Assembly (NCBI RefSeq): GCF_006345805.1
Contig: NC_043009.1
Location: 22,506,001 to 22,570,000 of the forward strand
Direction: 5' to 3'
Length of the DNA stretch: 64,000 bases
From: Octopus sinensis
Lineage: Eukaryota
The notes under the pieces are model-generated. The model made no database searches. It was not told the origin of the DNA and was given only the letters and a program-made list of their open reading frames with translations. Of the stretch, positions 52,080 to 64,000 are shown piece after piece. Both the position numbers and the translations under genes were made by a program. Each line of letters opens with the position of its first letter. Position 1 is the first letter of the stretch.

Positions 52080-53670
52080 TCATATGTCCAACTCATGCTA
52101 GCATGGACAGCAGAAGTTAAACGATGATGATGATGATAATGATATATATTTGAGTGTCTGTGCCTGTGTTTGTCCCCCACCTCATCATAACTGGTGTTGG
52201 CACGTTTACATTCCCACAATTTAGCAGTTCAGCAAAAGAGGCTGATAGAATAAATACTAGGCTTTAAAAAACAAAAAGTCCAGGGGTCAAATTGTTTGAC
52301 TAAAACCCTTCAAGGCAGTACTTCAGCATGGCCACAAGTAAAAGAATAGGAGAACCACCACCACCACCCACCCCATCGAGAAATCATACCTAAGTGCCTG
52401 CCAGATTTTACAGCTTGATTTCTGCTCATCAGCAACTATGTTGTAGCTGATGACAGTGATCATGATGATGGTGATAGTGGTGATGCAATCATTGCCCCTA
52501 CTGCTGCTGTTGATGACTAGGTCGAGTGAAAGGAGCTTAACGAAGTAACACAAGTTTACGAAATGGCAATTGTTATGAAACAAAATATTTAGGGGTTTAG
52601 GGCAAGAGAGAGAGAGGGTGGGAGGAAGGAGGGTTGTTATATTAACAAAACAGATGTATCCTTGACCTACATGAACAAATAAATATATAAATAAATAAAA
52701 ATGGGGTCAAAAGAAGGAAGAAGAAAAGAAAGCACACCTTTAAATTTGGAGGGATTTTGTGCAATTTTTGTTATCTCATTGGGATAAAATGAATAACAAT
52801 CACACATCCCTGGGTTCTCGTTTCAATCTATGTAACAAAGTAACATAGCTATTTCTTATACTTCCCACCACCACATATATATGTATATAAATGTGTGTGT
52901 GTGTGTGTGTGTAAAGTGAGGAGGTGAAAGTAAAATAAGTTCTAAGTTCAATATAGATAACACTATATATATATATATATATATATATATTCTTTTACTC
53001 ATTTCAGTAATTTGATTGCACCCATACTGGAGCACCACCTTTAGTCAAGCAAATCGACCCCAGGACTTATTCTCTGTAAGTCTATTACTTATTCTATTGG
53101 TCTATTTTGCCGAACTGCTAAGTTATGGAGACGTAAACACACCAGCATCGCTTGTCAAGCGATGTTGGGGGGGGGGACAAACGCAGACATACAAACATAT
53201 ACACACACATACATACATACATATATATACGATGGGCTTCTTTCAGTTTCCGTCTACCAAATCCACTCACAAGGCTTTGGTCGTCCAGAGGCTATGGTAG
53301 AAGACACTTGCCCAAGGTGCCATGCAGTGGGACTGAACCCGGAACCATGTGGTTCATAAGCAAGCTACTTACCACACAGCCGCTCCTATGCATATATATA
53401 TATATACTCTCTTTTACTCATTTCAGTCATTTGATTGCGGCCATGCTGGAGCATCACCTTTAGTTGAACAAATCGACCCCAAGACTTATTCTTTGTAAGC
53501 ATAGTACTTATTCTATTGGTCTCATTTGCCAAACCATTAAGTTACGGGGACATAAATACACCAGCATAGGTTGTCAAGCGATGCTGGGGGGGGGGGAGAC
53601 ACACACATTTATATACGATGGGCTTCTTTCAGTTTCCGTCTACCAAATCCACTCACAAGACTTTGGTCAA
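50935..53670. mobile_element. Dense cluster of family A SINEs (50935-51290 -, 52150-52340 +, 52985-53390 -, 53410-53670 -) and a (GAT)n-tailed retroposon (51730-52140)
   Basis: Diagnostic motifs. Confidence 0.8.
51653..51722. repeat. 70-bp palindrome centred on (TA)n
   Basis: gctcaggtggtgctcttaatgcttga(ta)n tcaagcattaagagcaccatctgagc; 51606-51680 is also a direct copy of 51961-52035. Confidence 0.92.
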
Positions 53671-54136
53671 CCCATATATATATATATATATATGACACTA
53701 AAGTGACTAAGGACGCTATTCAGTACCAGTATTGCTAGAAATAAGAGTTAAAACAATTCATAGTCACAAGAAAGCACTTATGTTAATGAGTGACAAGCTC
53801 CCTACAGCATCCAGGCATAGCTTACCTCCCTTATCAGTCAATAAGGTAAGTGCTTTCTTGTGGCTAGGTGTTGTTTAACTACTATTTCTAGCAATACTGG
53901 TACTGACGAGCGCCCTTAGTCATTTTAGCGATGTATATATTTCTGCCTTTTGGTTGTAAAATTGCAAATAAGAAATCAATAGCAGGCTTACAAAAATAAA
54001 ACAAAATAAAAAAAAAACATAAGTACTGGGGGCGATTTCTGTGACTAAACCCCTTCAAGGCAGTGCCCCAGCATGGCCACACTCCAATGACTGAAACAAG
54101 TGTATGTATGTGTGTGTATAGATACACACACACATA

Positions 54137-55375
54137 CAGGGGTTGGACAAATAATGGAAACACCTAGCATCATAATTTTGAAATATCTATAAAACCGCCA
54201 AAAGCTTGTTTATTTTTATGGTTTTTGATTTGCTATTAGTGTTGCTTAATATGTTTTGCTAAAATTGCTGTTTCTTTTCAGATAAAAGGTAATTAAAATT
54301 TATTAAAATGACAGATCTATCGAACTTTCAAAGAGGTCAAATTGTTGGTGCTCATATGGCAGGCACTAGTGTAATGAAAACAGCTGAAATGTTTGATGTA
54401 TCAAGAAGTACTGCCTCGAAAGTAATGACAGCCTTTAAGAAAGAGGGAAAAACCTCCTCATCGAAACAAAACTTCAGAAGAAAACAAAAACTTTCAGATA
54501 AGAACCATCAGGCTCTTATGCAAATTGTGAGAAAGGATCACAAAATTACTGCAGAGTTTAATGACCACCTCAAGAACCCAGTTTCCACAAAAACTGTTCG
54601 CCAGGAGCTGCACAAAGCCAGATTTCACAGGAGAGCTGCAGTCAGAAAACCACTACTTTCAAAAACAAACATTGCAAAGTATTCAAAGTAGAGTAAAAAC
54701 CTACAGAATTGGTCTCTAGAGCAGTGGAAGAATATTTTCTTGGATGAGTCATCCGTTGACTTATTTCTGACCACCGGCCGAGTATACGTCCAGAGACAGC
54801 TAAAAGAAGCATTTGACCCAGACTGCCTTCTTCCAATTGTTAAACATGGAGGAGGATCTGTGATGATCTGGGTGGGGGGATATATCTTGGAAATCTGCCA
54901 GCCCAATGGTTTCCCTTCATGGCAGAATTAATAGTCAAGACTATTTAAGCATTTTATCTGATCAAATTCATCCTATGATTGTGGAACTGTTTCCAGAAAG
55001 AAACAATCTTTCAGGATGATAATGCACCAATTCACACAGCTAAAGTTGTTACTGAATGGCACGAGGAACATTCTAATGAAGTTGAACATCTTATCTGGCC
55101 ACCACAGTCCCCATATCTCAATATTATTGAACATTTATGGTGCATTTTTGAAAAACCAGTAAGGAGTCAATATCCTCCATGATCATCACTACAAGAACAA
55201 GAGACTGTTTTAGCTGAAGAATGGTCAAAAATTTCTTTGGAGACAATTCAAACTTTGTACAAGTCCATAATTCATAGAATTCAAGCTGTAATTACTGCCA
55301 AAAGCAGTCCTACTCCATATTACAATAAATTTGTTTGAAATTTTAAGGTATTTCCATTATTTTGTCCAACCCCTG
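54137..55375 (+). mobile_element. Full-length (1239 bp) Tc1-superfamily transposon with DD36E spacing
   Basis: TIRs CAGGGGTTGGACAAA(A)TAATGGAAA(C/T)ACCT (54137-54165 / 55346-55375) with TA on both sides; transposase remnant inside. Confidence 0.97.
54308..55323 (+). pseudogene. Tc1-like transposase pseudogene (paired-like HTH and DDE domain)
   Basis: MTDLSNFQRGQIVG.. HTH; IFLDESS (D1), KHGGGSVMIW, IFQDDNAPIH (D2, 55018), WPPQSPYLNIIEHLW (E, 55129); 36 residues between D2 and E; several stops and frameshifts. Confidence 0.93.
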
Positions 55376-55478
55376 TATATATATAATATATATATATATA
55401 TAATAATAAATATTAGGGAATAAATCCAAATTTACAAGGAAAAATCAGATTTAAGATTGAATCCAATTTTATAGTAAA

Positions 55479-55646
55479 ATATATTATATCAAATTAGAGA
55501 CAAAACCACTATTATGCAAATCAAACAAAGAAAGACTTAAGCCAATACATAAAATAATTTATATAAATTATTTTATGTATTGGCTTAAGTCTTTCTTTGT
55601 TTGATTTGCATAATAGTGGTTTTGTCTCTAATTTGATATAATATAT
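55479..55646. repeat. Perfect 168-bp palindrome with no spacer
   Basis: The 84-bp arms are exact reverse complements, centre 55562/55563; the arm sequence (ttagagacaaaaccactat..caaac..gaaagacttaa..caatacataaaa) also occurs singly at ~16868-16935. Confidence 0.97.
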
Positions 55647-55751
55647 ATATATATTCTTTTACTTGCTTCATTCATTTGACTGCAGCCATGCTGGAGCACC
55701 ACCTTTATATATATACATACACACACATATCTATCTATCTATATCTATATC

Positions 55752-55796
<45 letters not shown>

Positions 55797-55797
<1 letters not shown>

Positions 55798-56240
55798 ATT
55801 TCATCAGCATCAAATATTTGCTTTGAAGAACAGGAACCTTCTTCAATTATCTTAGCTAACTATGGCACAAATTCTTCAGCAATTTTCTTCTTGCTTAATC
55901 TACTTTCATGATACACTTCAATATTAAACAAAAAGTTCCGACTTCAAAATTTTTAAACTCATCCCTTACTGCTTGAAAATACAGATGTAATTATAAAGAT
56001 GCTTCATTTGCAATGTTTATATGAATAAAAATTGAATGCTTTTTGCTTTATAGCAAAGCTGTCAGGAAATCCCTCTTGGGTTTTGTCTTCTATCCAAAAT
56101 CTTTTTTGCATTGTTTCCATAATGTTACAATATGTGTGTTTTGAACTCATTGAACATCCTGTTCTGCTCTTTTTCATTGTGTCTTATACTTGTTCTGACA
56201 TTAAAATGTTTTACAGTTTCTTGTAACCTTTCCTAATTTG
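55797..56240 (-). mobile_element. Decayed pogo/Tigger-type transposase fragment
   Basis: Minus-strand peptides WIEDKTQEGFPDSFAIKQKAFNFY, SSKG*, IAEEFVP*LAKIIEEGSCSSKQIFDADE match the CENP-B-type HTH and the 'IIEEG..EQVFNADE' entry to the DDE domain. Confidence 0.8.
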
Positions 56241-56359
56241 AAGCCTGTTGTTTACGTGTGTGTGTGTGTACATATGAGAGTGTGTGTGTGTGCATGTATA
56301 TGTGTGTGAATGCTGATATTTCACTTGTAACCATTTCCATTTGAGTGAAATGGTTAATA

Positions 56360-56755
56360 TATTTACTTGTTTCAGTCATTTGACTGCGGCCATGCTGGAG
56401 CACCGCCTTTAGCCGAGCAAATTGACCCCAGGACTTATTCTTTGTAAGCCTAGTACTTATTCTATCATTCTCTTTTGCCGAACTGCTAAGTTACAGGGAC
56501 GTAAACACACCAGCATTGGTTGTCAAACGATGTTGGGGGGGAAAACACAGACACACAAACACATACACACACATACATAAATATGCATATACATTTATAC
56601 GACAGGCTTCTTTCAGTTTCCGTCTACCAAATCCACTCACATGGCTTTGGTTGACCCAAGGCTATAGTAGAAGACACTTGCCCAAGGTGCCACACAGTGG
56701 GACTGAACCCGGAACCATGTGGTTCATAAGCAAGCTACTTACCACACAGCCACTG
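56360..56755 (-). mobile_element. Family A SINE, full length
   Basis: Complete consensus-like copy. Confidence 0.9.
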
Positions 56756-56951
56756 CTACGCCTTGTTGACAATAAAAGAAAGGAAGTGCATTGTGTCAGA
56801 AAATCAATTCTTATCCAAACCTGCTTGTATGGGAAATGAAGATGATATATTAAAAGTGGTTAATAACACCAAACAATAGAGAACTCAATATAAAAAAAGC
56901 AGAGTTGAGTAACTCTATTCAAATGCTGCATTTCCCATGAAATTCCATTAA

Positions 56952-57228
56952 CCCTTTTGACACTAGACAGCCTAAGACTGCTCATGGTTCTAGGACATCA
57001 ACTTCAAATTTTTACCCTTTAGTATTGAAACCAGCCATACCTGGCTCAAATATTCTACCTGTTTTATATTTAAACGAGCCATATCTGACCTCTCAGACTT
57101 ATTCTATGTCATTCTAAAAATAAACAATCACATCGAAATCTTGAAGCTATGAGATAATGCATGACAAATTCAAAACAATGTGAATAAATAAGTATTACAG
57201 TCCACAGAGTAATCTGAATGCCAAAGGG
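56952..57228. mobile_element. piggyBac-like MITE
   Basis: TTAA|CCCTTT.. (second left end ccctttagtatt at ~57015) ..aatgccAAAGGG|TTAA; the internal sequence recurs at ~48385-48590. Confidence 0.75.
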
Positions 57229-57389
57229 TTAAAGAATCTAAATTAAAACCGTCCAACAAAATTTCATATTAATTTACATCCCAAACATCAGATTAATAAT
57301 GACAAAGTTATTTGACTAAATTCTGTTATAATATATGGATCCTCGTCCACTTGTATGTTGTCGTCCACACTGTAACATTCTTGTTGCCA

Positions 57390-57790
57390 CTATTTGAGCT
57401 GGCAGAAGCGTTAGCACGCCGGGCAAAATGCGTAGCCGTATTTCATCTGTCGTTATGGTGTGAGTTCAAATTCTGCTGAGGTCGACTTTGCCTTTCATCC
57501 TTTTGGGGTCGATTAAATAAGTACCAGTTACGCACTGGGGTCGATGTACTCAACTTAATCCGTTTGTCTATCCTTGTTTGTCCCCTCCATGTTTAGCCCC
57601 TTGTAGGTAGTAAAGAAATAGGTATTTCATCTGTCTTTATGTTCTGTGTTCAAATTTTGCTGAGGTCGACTTCGCCTTTCATCCTTTCGGGGTCGATAAA
57701 TTAAGTACTAGTTGCATACTCGGGTCGATCTAATCGACTGGCCCTCTCCCCCAAAATTTCGTACCTTGTGCCTAGAGTAGAAAAGATTAT
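57390..57790 (+). mobile_element. Family B SINE dimer (junction at 57621)
   Basis: taaagaaata|ggtatttcatc junction; long-tail unit followed by short-tail unit. Confidence 0.88.
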
Positions 57791-58099
57791 GTTGTGGCGG
57801 TATTCCACGTCTTATCATCTTTGACTCGTGTATCATGCTATCACTAAGAGCTCCACAAGATGATGACTTTGAAATGTCTACCTTGATGGTAATTCAAACT
57901 TGTATGTATCACGTAACTGACATTGACTCCAGCTGAGAACTCCTACAACGACTCTACTACTACTAACTCCCTACGACTGACTGTCTGACTTTATAGTGGC
58001 CTGTCATACCACTTTGTCACATGGGAAGGTGTGTACCATTTTCACTACAACAAATTCATCATTATTTTTAAACTTAATTGAAAGTCAGTGTATTTCAAC

Positions 58100-59000
58100 A
58101 TATAGGTGCAGGCATGACTGTGTGGTAAGAAGCTTGCTTCCCAACCACATGGTTCTTGGTTCAGTCCCACTGCATGGCACCTTAGGCAAGTGTTTTCTAC
58201 TATAGCCTTGGGCTAACCAAAGCCTTGTGAATGGATTTTGTAGGCAGAAACTGAAAGAAGCCTATTGTGTATATTTTTATTTTATTTATGTGCCCTTTTT
58301 TCAGCCTAGCCAGGCTCATGGGCCTGGTTTCCTGGTTTCTATGACATATGTGTTTCCCCCAGCTGGACAGGACGCCAGTCCATCGCAGCGTTACTCAAGA
58401 AACAGGAAGAAAGAGTGAGAAAAAGTTGAGGCTAAAGAGTACAACAGGGGTCGCCACCACCTGCTGCCAGAGCCTCGTGGAGCTCTTAGGTGTTTTTGCT
58501 CAATAAACACACACTACGCCCAGTCTGGTAATCAAAACCATGATCCTCTGACCGCGAGTCCACTGCCCTAACCACCGGGCCACTGTGCCTCCACATTGTG
58601 TGTGTGTATATATATATAGGTGCAGGAGTGGCTGTGTGGTAAGTAGCTTGCTTACCAACCACATGGTTCCGGGTTCAGTCCCACTGTGTGACACCTTGGA
58701 CAAGTGTCTTCTGCTATAGCATCAGGCCAACCAAAGCCTTGTGAGTGGATTTCGTAGATGGAAACTGAAAGAAGCCCATCATGCATGTGTGTGTGTGTGT
58801 TTGTCTCCCCCAACATCGCTGAACAATCGATGGTGGTACTTTTACATCCCTGTAACTTAGCGGTTCAGCAAAAGAGTTCGATAGAATAAGTCCTAGGCTT
58901 ACAAAGAATAAGTCCTGGGGTCGATTTGTTCGACTAAAGGTGGTGCTCCAGCATGGCTCCAGTCAAATGACTGAAACAAGCAAAAGAATAAAGGAATATG
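58100..59000. mobile_element. Family A head (58100-58265 +), family C SINE (58275-58595 -), family A full length (58615-59000 +)
   Basis: Diagnostic motifs. Confidence 0.85.
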
Positions 59001-60615
59001 GTCAATCCACTTTCACATTGAAGTTACAGGAATTTCATGAAAAGATTTTGATTTCAGCCAGTTGTGTATGTGTGTGTGTGTGCATACATGCATGTGGCCA
59101 CAAGGAAGTGTAGTCCAGTAATTTTCTACCCAGTTTTTGAAATTACAGTTCTCACAGACTCATAATAATTACTCTGCCTAATTGAAAATTGGCAATCTTT
59201 TGGAGAAAGTATATGAGAAGTGAAAGTGTTTGTTCAAGTTTCATAATTTTTTTTAAATTAAGAGATTTTTCTCAGCTGAATCACTTATGTTTATAAGATA
59301 CTGGCTGGCCGCCGACAGATTTTTCTTCAAAATATTGATACTTTATCCGGTTCATGCTATATTATTAGCATTATCCTGCATTTGAGAATAAAATTATTTC
59401 CTTATCTGTATCTTTTCAATACATCTTAACGCTTCTAAAGCAAACTTTGTTTGTTGTCTTTCAACTTAAGTTGAATTTAACGTACGATAGTGACTTATAT
59501 TTATATATTTTTGTGTATGTGTTTATGTGTGTGTATGTTTACTTGTGAATGTAAGTATATGTATATATGCATTTATATGCATGTATGCATATTTGTGTAT
59601 TTTTTTTTCCACGGAATTACTTATGTTTATATATTTTCTGTATATGAATGTAAATATTTAAGTGTGTATATGTACGCATATTTGTGTAATGTAAGTATAT
59701 GTCTATAATGTTTTGTGCATGTATGTATATTTGTGTATTTAAGTATATGTCTCTAACATTTGGGACTTTTTATTAAAAAGAAAAATTCTGATAAATAAGG
59801 TCCTGAGTTCAAATCTTGCCACGGTCAACTTTGCCTTTCAGCCCCCTGGAGTTGATAAAATATAACACCAGTCAAGCACTGAATTTAATGTTATCAATTT
59901 ACACACCCTCCCCTCAAAATTACTGGGCCTTGAGCCAAGATCAGAAACAGTTAAAATCAATTTTTTAATGTGACTTTATGACACTGTTATTACACCCAAT
60001 GAAAATTCTGCACCGTTTCTGGTTTCTTCTTGTAATTCACCTTTGTATACCCGCCAAAGTCTTCTTTAGCCCATGTGGCCAATAAGAGAAATTAATATTA
60101 TTAGAATTTTAATTACTACTAATTATCTTTATTTATCTTTTTTTTCACAGGAAGTAAAAGGTTGAGGGTAAAAAAAAGAGAAAAGAACTATTTTTTATCA
60201 CCTCCCTCCATGCCAAAGGTAAGAAATGAAACAGTGACCTTTGTTATACCATCTGCAACTTTTTCTTTTTTATGTAATATATTCAGCTACTAAAAATAAA
60301 AAAAACACATCAAGAGAAAGAGGAATAGGGATGTTGTTATTATTATTATCATTGTTATTATTATTAGTAGTAGTAGGAGGAGGAGGAGAGAATGATAGCA
60401 AAATGACAATGAAAATTGACAAGGGGGGAAGAAACAAGGAGTAGAAAGGAACTAGGGGACATGATGACAATGATGTAAAAGTGGAAAAAAGAAAAAGAGA
60501 AAGATAGGAGAAGGAGGAAGAAGAAGAAAATAGATGGAAGAGAGATTATCAACCAAAATAAAAATACAGAAATACTCTGAATATATATAGACACATACAT
60601 CATATATATAGATGC

Positions 60616-60679
<64 letters not shown>

Positions 60680-60864
60680 TATAGATGGACATATATAATA
60701 CACACATACAAAAGCAGGGTAATTTTACTAAGCTGTGTAAGGAAGGAGGATGGAATAGTAAAGAAAATTATATAAAAAGCTGAAATGCACCACCTAGCCA
60801 AATCCCTTCCCACCACACACCTTATTGGATAATCCTATCTCCTACTCACACTTACTTCACTTAC

Positions 60865-60973
60865 CCTCCTCACCACCACCACTAACACCGCCACCAACCA
60901 CACCTGGCCACATCCTCTCTGAAAGATTTTTCTCTCCCTGTCAAACGAACATCATCACTGCCGCCATCCACCA
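60865..60973 (-). other. Candidate 109-nt internal exon; possible start MWPGVVGGGVSGGGEE.. (ATG at 60913, phase 1)
   Basis: Minus strand ttttatttctttatttgttttatattttcgaacAG|TGG.. acceptor and ..GAGG|GTAAGTG donor (60864); unique, GC-richer sequence. Confidence 0.4.
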
Positions 60974-61764
60974 CTGTTCGAAAATATAAAACAAATAAAG
61001 AAATAAAATTGTTGACCTACTTCTTTCTATTACATCTAAAAGTATGTTACCCACCTTTTGTTTCTTTCATAATCATTATCTTGGCTGTGTGGTAAGAAGC
61101 TTGCTTCCCAGCCACAAGGATCTGGGTTCAGTCCCACTACATGCCACCTTGGGCAAATGTCTTCTACTGGAGCCTCAGGCCAATCAAAGCTTTGTGAATG
61201 GATTTGGTGAAAGAAGCCTACTGTGTGTGTGTCTTTGTGTCTGTCTTCCACCACCACATGACACCAGGTGTTGGTGTGTTTATGTCCCTCTAACTTAGTG
61301 GTTCAGCAAAAGAGATCTACAGAAAATGAGGCAACATCAAGAGGTTCCTGAGCTAGTTATGTTTAATAAAAAGTAACTTATTTACCTAAGTTTTAACATC
61401 ATCTCCTTCGAAATAGTCACCTTGCACAGCAATACACTGGTCCCAGTGTTCCTGACTAAAAAGATTCTTCAAGGTGGTGCCCCAGCATGGCCACACTCTA
61501 ATGACTGAAACAAGTAAAAGACCCAAGATAAAAGATATATATATATTCTTTTGTACTCTAGGCACAAGGCCTGAAATTTTTGGGGAAATCAACTCCGAAG
61601 GTTGAAAGGCAAAGTTGACCTTGGCGGAATTTGAACGTAGAACATAAAGACAGACAGAATACTGCTAAGCATTTTGTCCGGCATGCTAATGATTCGGCCA
61701 GCTCACCACCTTATAAAAGATAAATATTAACATTCTACAGCATGCTGCTGAAAGATACACATAG

Positions 61765-62680
61765 GCACAAGAGTGGCTGTGTGGTAAGTAGCTTGCTTAC
61801 GAACAACATCGTTCTGGGTTCAGTCCCCACTGTGTGGCACCTTGGGCAAGTGTCTTCTACTATAGCCTCAGGCCGACCAAAGCCTTGTGAGTGGATTCAG
61901 TAGACGGAAACTGAAAGAAGCCCGTCATATATATATATATATATATATATATGTACGTGTGTGTCTGTGTTTGTCCCCCACAACATCACTTGACAACTGA
62001 AGCTGGTGTGTTTACGTCCCCGTAAATTAGTGGTTCAGCCAAAGAGACTGATAGAATAAGTACTAGGCTTACAAAGAATAAGTCCTGGAGTCAATTCGCT
62101 TGACTAAAGGTGCTACTCCAGCATGGCCACAGTCAAATGACTGAAACAAGTAAAAGGGAGAATGTGCTTCAAACAAGAATTGTTTCTTTTCTTATTTCTT
62201 TTCTCTTGTTTCTTATTCTACATTGATAAGGGGTTCACTCGGAAAAAGCATCAGTCTGCTCCTTTTTCTTTTCTCAACATGCAATTCACTATCCTTTTAT
62301 TTGTTTCAGTCATTTGACTGCAGCCATGCAGGAGCACCACCTTTAGTTGAACAAATCAACCCCAGGACTTATTCTTTGTAAGCCTAGTACTTATTCTATC
62401 AATCTCTCTTGCCAAACTGCTAAATTACAGGGGCGTAAACACACCAGCATCAGTTGTCAAGTGATGGTGGAGATGAGGGGACAAGCACATATGCATACAC
62501 ACATATGTATATACAACAGGCTTCTTTCAGTTTCCGTCTACCGAATCCACTCATAAGGCATTGGTAGGCCCGAGGCTATAATAGAAGACACTTGCACAAG
62601 GTGCCACGCAGTAGGACTGACCCTGGAACCATGTCATTGGGAAGCAAGCTACTTACCACACAGCCACTCCTGCACCTATG
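61765..62680. mobile_element. Two full-length family A SINEs in inverted orientation (61765-62160 +, 62300-62680 -)
   Basis: Complete head and tail in each. Confidence 0.9.
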
Positions 62681-62929
62681 CACATCTTTATTATTTGTTT
62701 TTGTTTTCCAATTTCCAATTAATTTATCACTTTTCAATAGATTTGTCACTTTTTGAAATTTGTAACCTCACATGTTGTCCACCTGTCCATTTTTTTGTTC
62801 CCTTTATTCCATTTATGCTAATTTAACCCTTTGCCTGTGCTGTGTATCAGATGTAGTACATAGGACATATTTCTCTGGTGCCCATACACTCCCAAGATTT
62901 TTGCAACAACCAGAGCAACTTGGGACTTC

Positions 62930-63210
62930 ATTATCATCATCATCATCATCATCATCGTTTAACGTCCATTTTCTGTGCTAGCATGGGATGGACAGTTCGA
63001 CCGGGGTCTGGGAAGCCCGGAGGCTGCACCAGGCTCCAGTCTGACCTGGCAGTGTTTCTACAGCTGGATGCCCTTCCTAATGCCAACCACTCCGTGAGTG
63101 TAGTGGGTACTTTTTACATGCCACTGGCACAGGTGCCAGGGGAGGCTGCAGCATCCACGATCGGTTGGTGCTTTTTACGTGCCACCGGCACAGAAGCCAG
63201 TCAAGACTTA
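62930..63210 (-). mobile_element. (GAT)n-tailed retroposon
   Basis: Same family as 33740 and 46830. Confidence 0.85.
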
Positions 63211-63451
63211 TGAAAGGAAATCTTTATATTACTCAGAATTTAGAAAACAAAGGCTACCACATTTTCTGGCATACAAGTCAACGTAGTGTATAGTGTAAAC
63301 ATGTAGCATAACCATTCAAACATTAATAGTATCATTCAAATCCTGCTGCATTTCACAAAGAATTCTTGGTCCTCCAAACACATCTTGGTGCATAAGTCAA
63401 CCTACTTCTTTTGGGTGTAAATTGGTAAATTGTAGTCTGAAAAATTTGACT

Positions 63452-63607
63452 TCACTGCTGGAAAATTGTTGACTTGTCTCTCGAATGTGAGGATTGATTT
63501 CTGCTCCTGGATGAATATTTTGGCCATTGATATTGGTGGTGAATGTGACTAATGAAGCCAATCCTTGCATGGAACATGTGACTACATTGGCCACATGTAA
63601 ATGTCAT
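63452..63607 (-). mobile_element. RTE-type C-terminal C2H2 zinc-finger remnant (51-aa ORF)
   Basis: MTFTCGQCSHMFHARIGFISHIHH.. matches the RTE terminal motif F.C..C.R.F.ARIGL.SH...H. Confidence 0.65.
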
Positions 63608-64000
63608 GGTTGGCCTTATTGTAACTAAAACTTTGAAGACAAGCAGGGATGTTTAGGATAAACTTATGAAAATTCTTTGGATAAGTAAAGGGCAAACTAA
63701 CTATATATTGTAAAAACTAGTCCTTGCCACTGGTGATGTCGTATATAAGTAGCCTTGGTCACTTATGGTTTAGACGAACTGGAGTACAAATATGATTGGA
63801 TTTTGTTGAGATATAATAGAATAATAAGTTCCACCATAGCTGTAGTAGTTGGGTTAATAACATCAACAACAAAAACCCATGTAGGTCTGTAATTTATAGC
63901 TGCCATCTCTAACAATGATTTCTACAAACGTCTGATGGCAACTGTAGTCTACATATGATTGATTTTTGATAAATGTCTTGTCTAATCTCTTTGTGACCAA

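Noticed and set aside
52390-52583. Minus-strand segment ending in AG|GTATGA
   Set aside because: Low-complexity (CAT/CAC) sequence with no clear acceptor or convincing frame.

Overview
AT-rich, repeat-saturated animal genomic DNA with one 100-N scaffold gap. The SINE families, (TA)n/(TG)n/(TAA)n microsatellites and general composition look like an Octopus genome (inference from recalled repeat families, not a database hit). No long intact protein-coding gene is present: almost every ORF in the supplied track is a translation of a microsatellite or SINE. Supported content: dozens of tRNA-derived SINEs in three families; a full-length but decayed Tc1-type transposon with DD36E spacing, 29-30 bp TIRs and TA TSD (54137-55375); an internally deleted DD37D/maT-type element; pogo/Tigger, RTE and CR1-like fragments; two non-autonomous Helitrons; several MITEs; and three minimal hammerhead-ribozyme motifs in Penelope-like fragments sitting in (TA)n tracts. 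A CpG-rich promoter-like island near 24.1 kb and several short candidate minus-strand start exons suggest that the window is mostly intron/5' region of a large minus-strand gene (moderate to low confidence). The most notable unexplained patterns are (1) many local fold-back inverted duplications, most anchored on (TA)n tracts, including a ~570-bp ~99%-identical inverted pair and a perfect 168-bp palindrome, and (2) head-to-tail SINE multimers joined at the same nucleotide at six or more independent loci. SINE boundaries are approximate.
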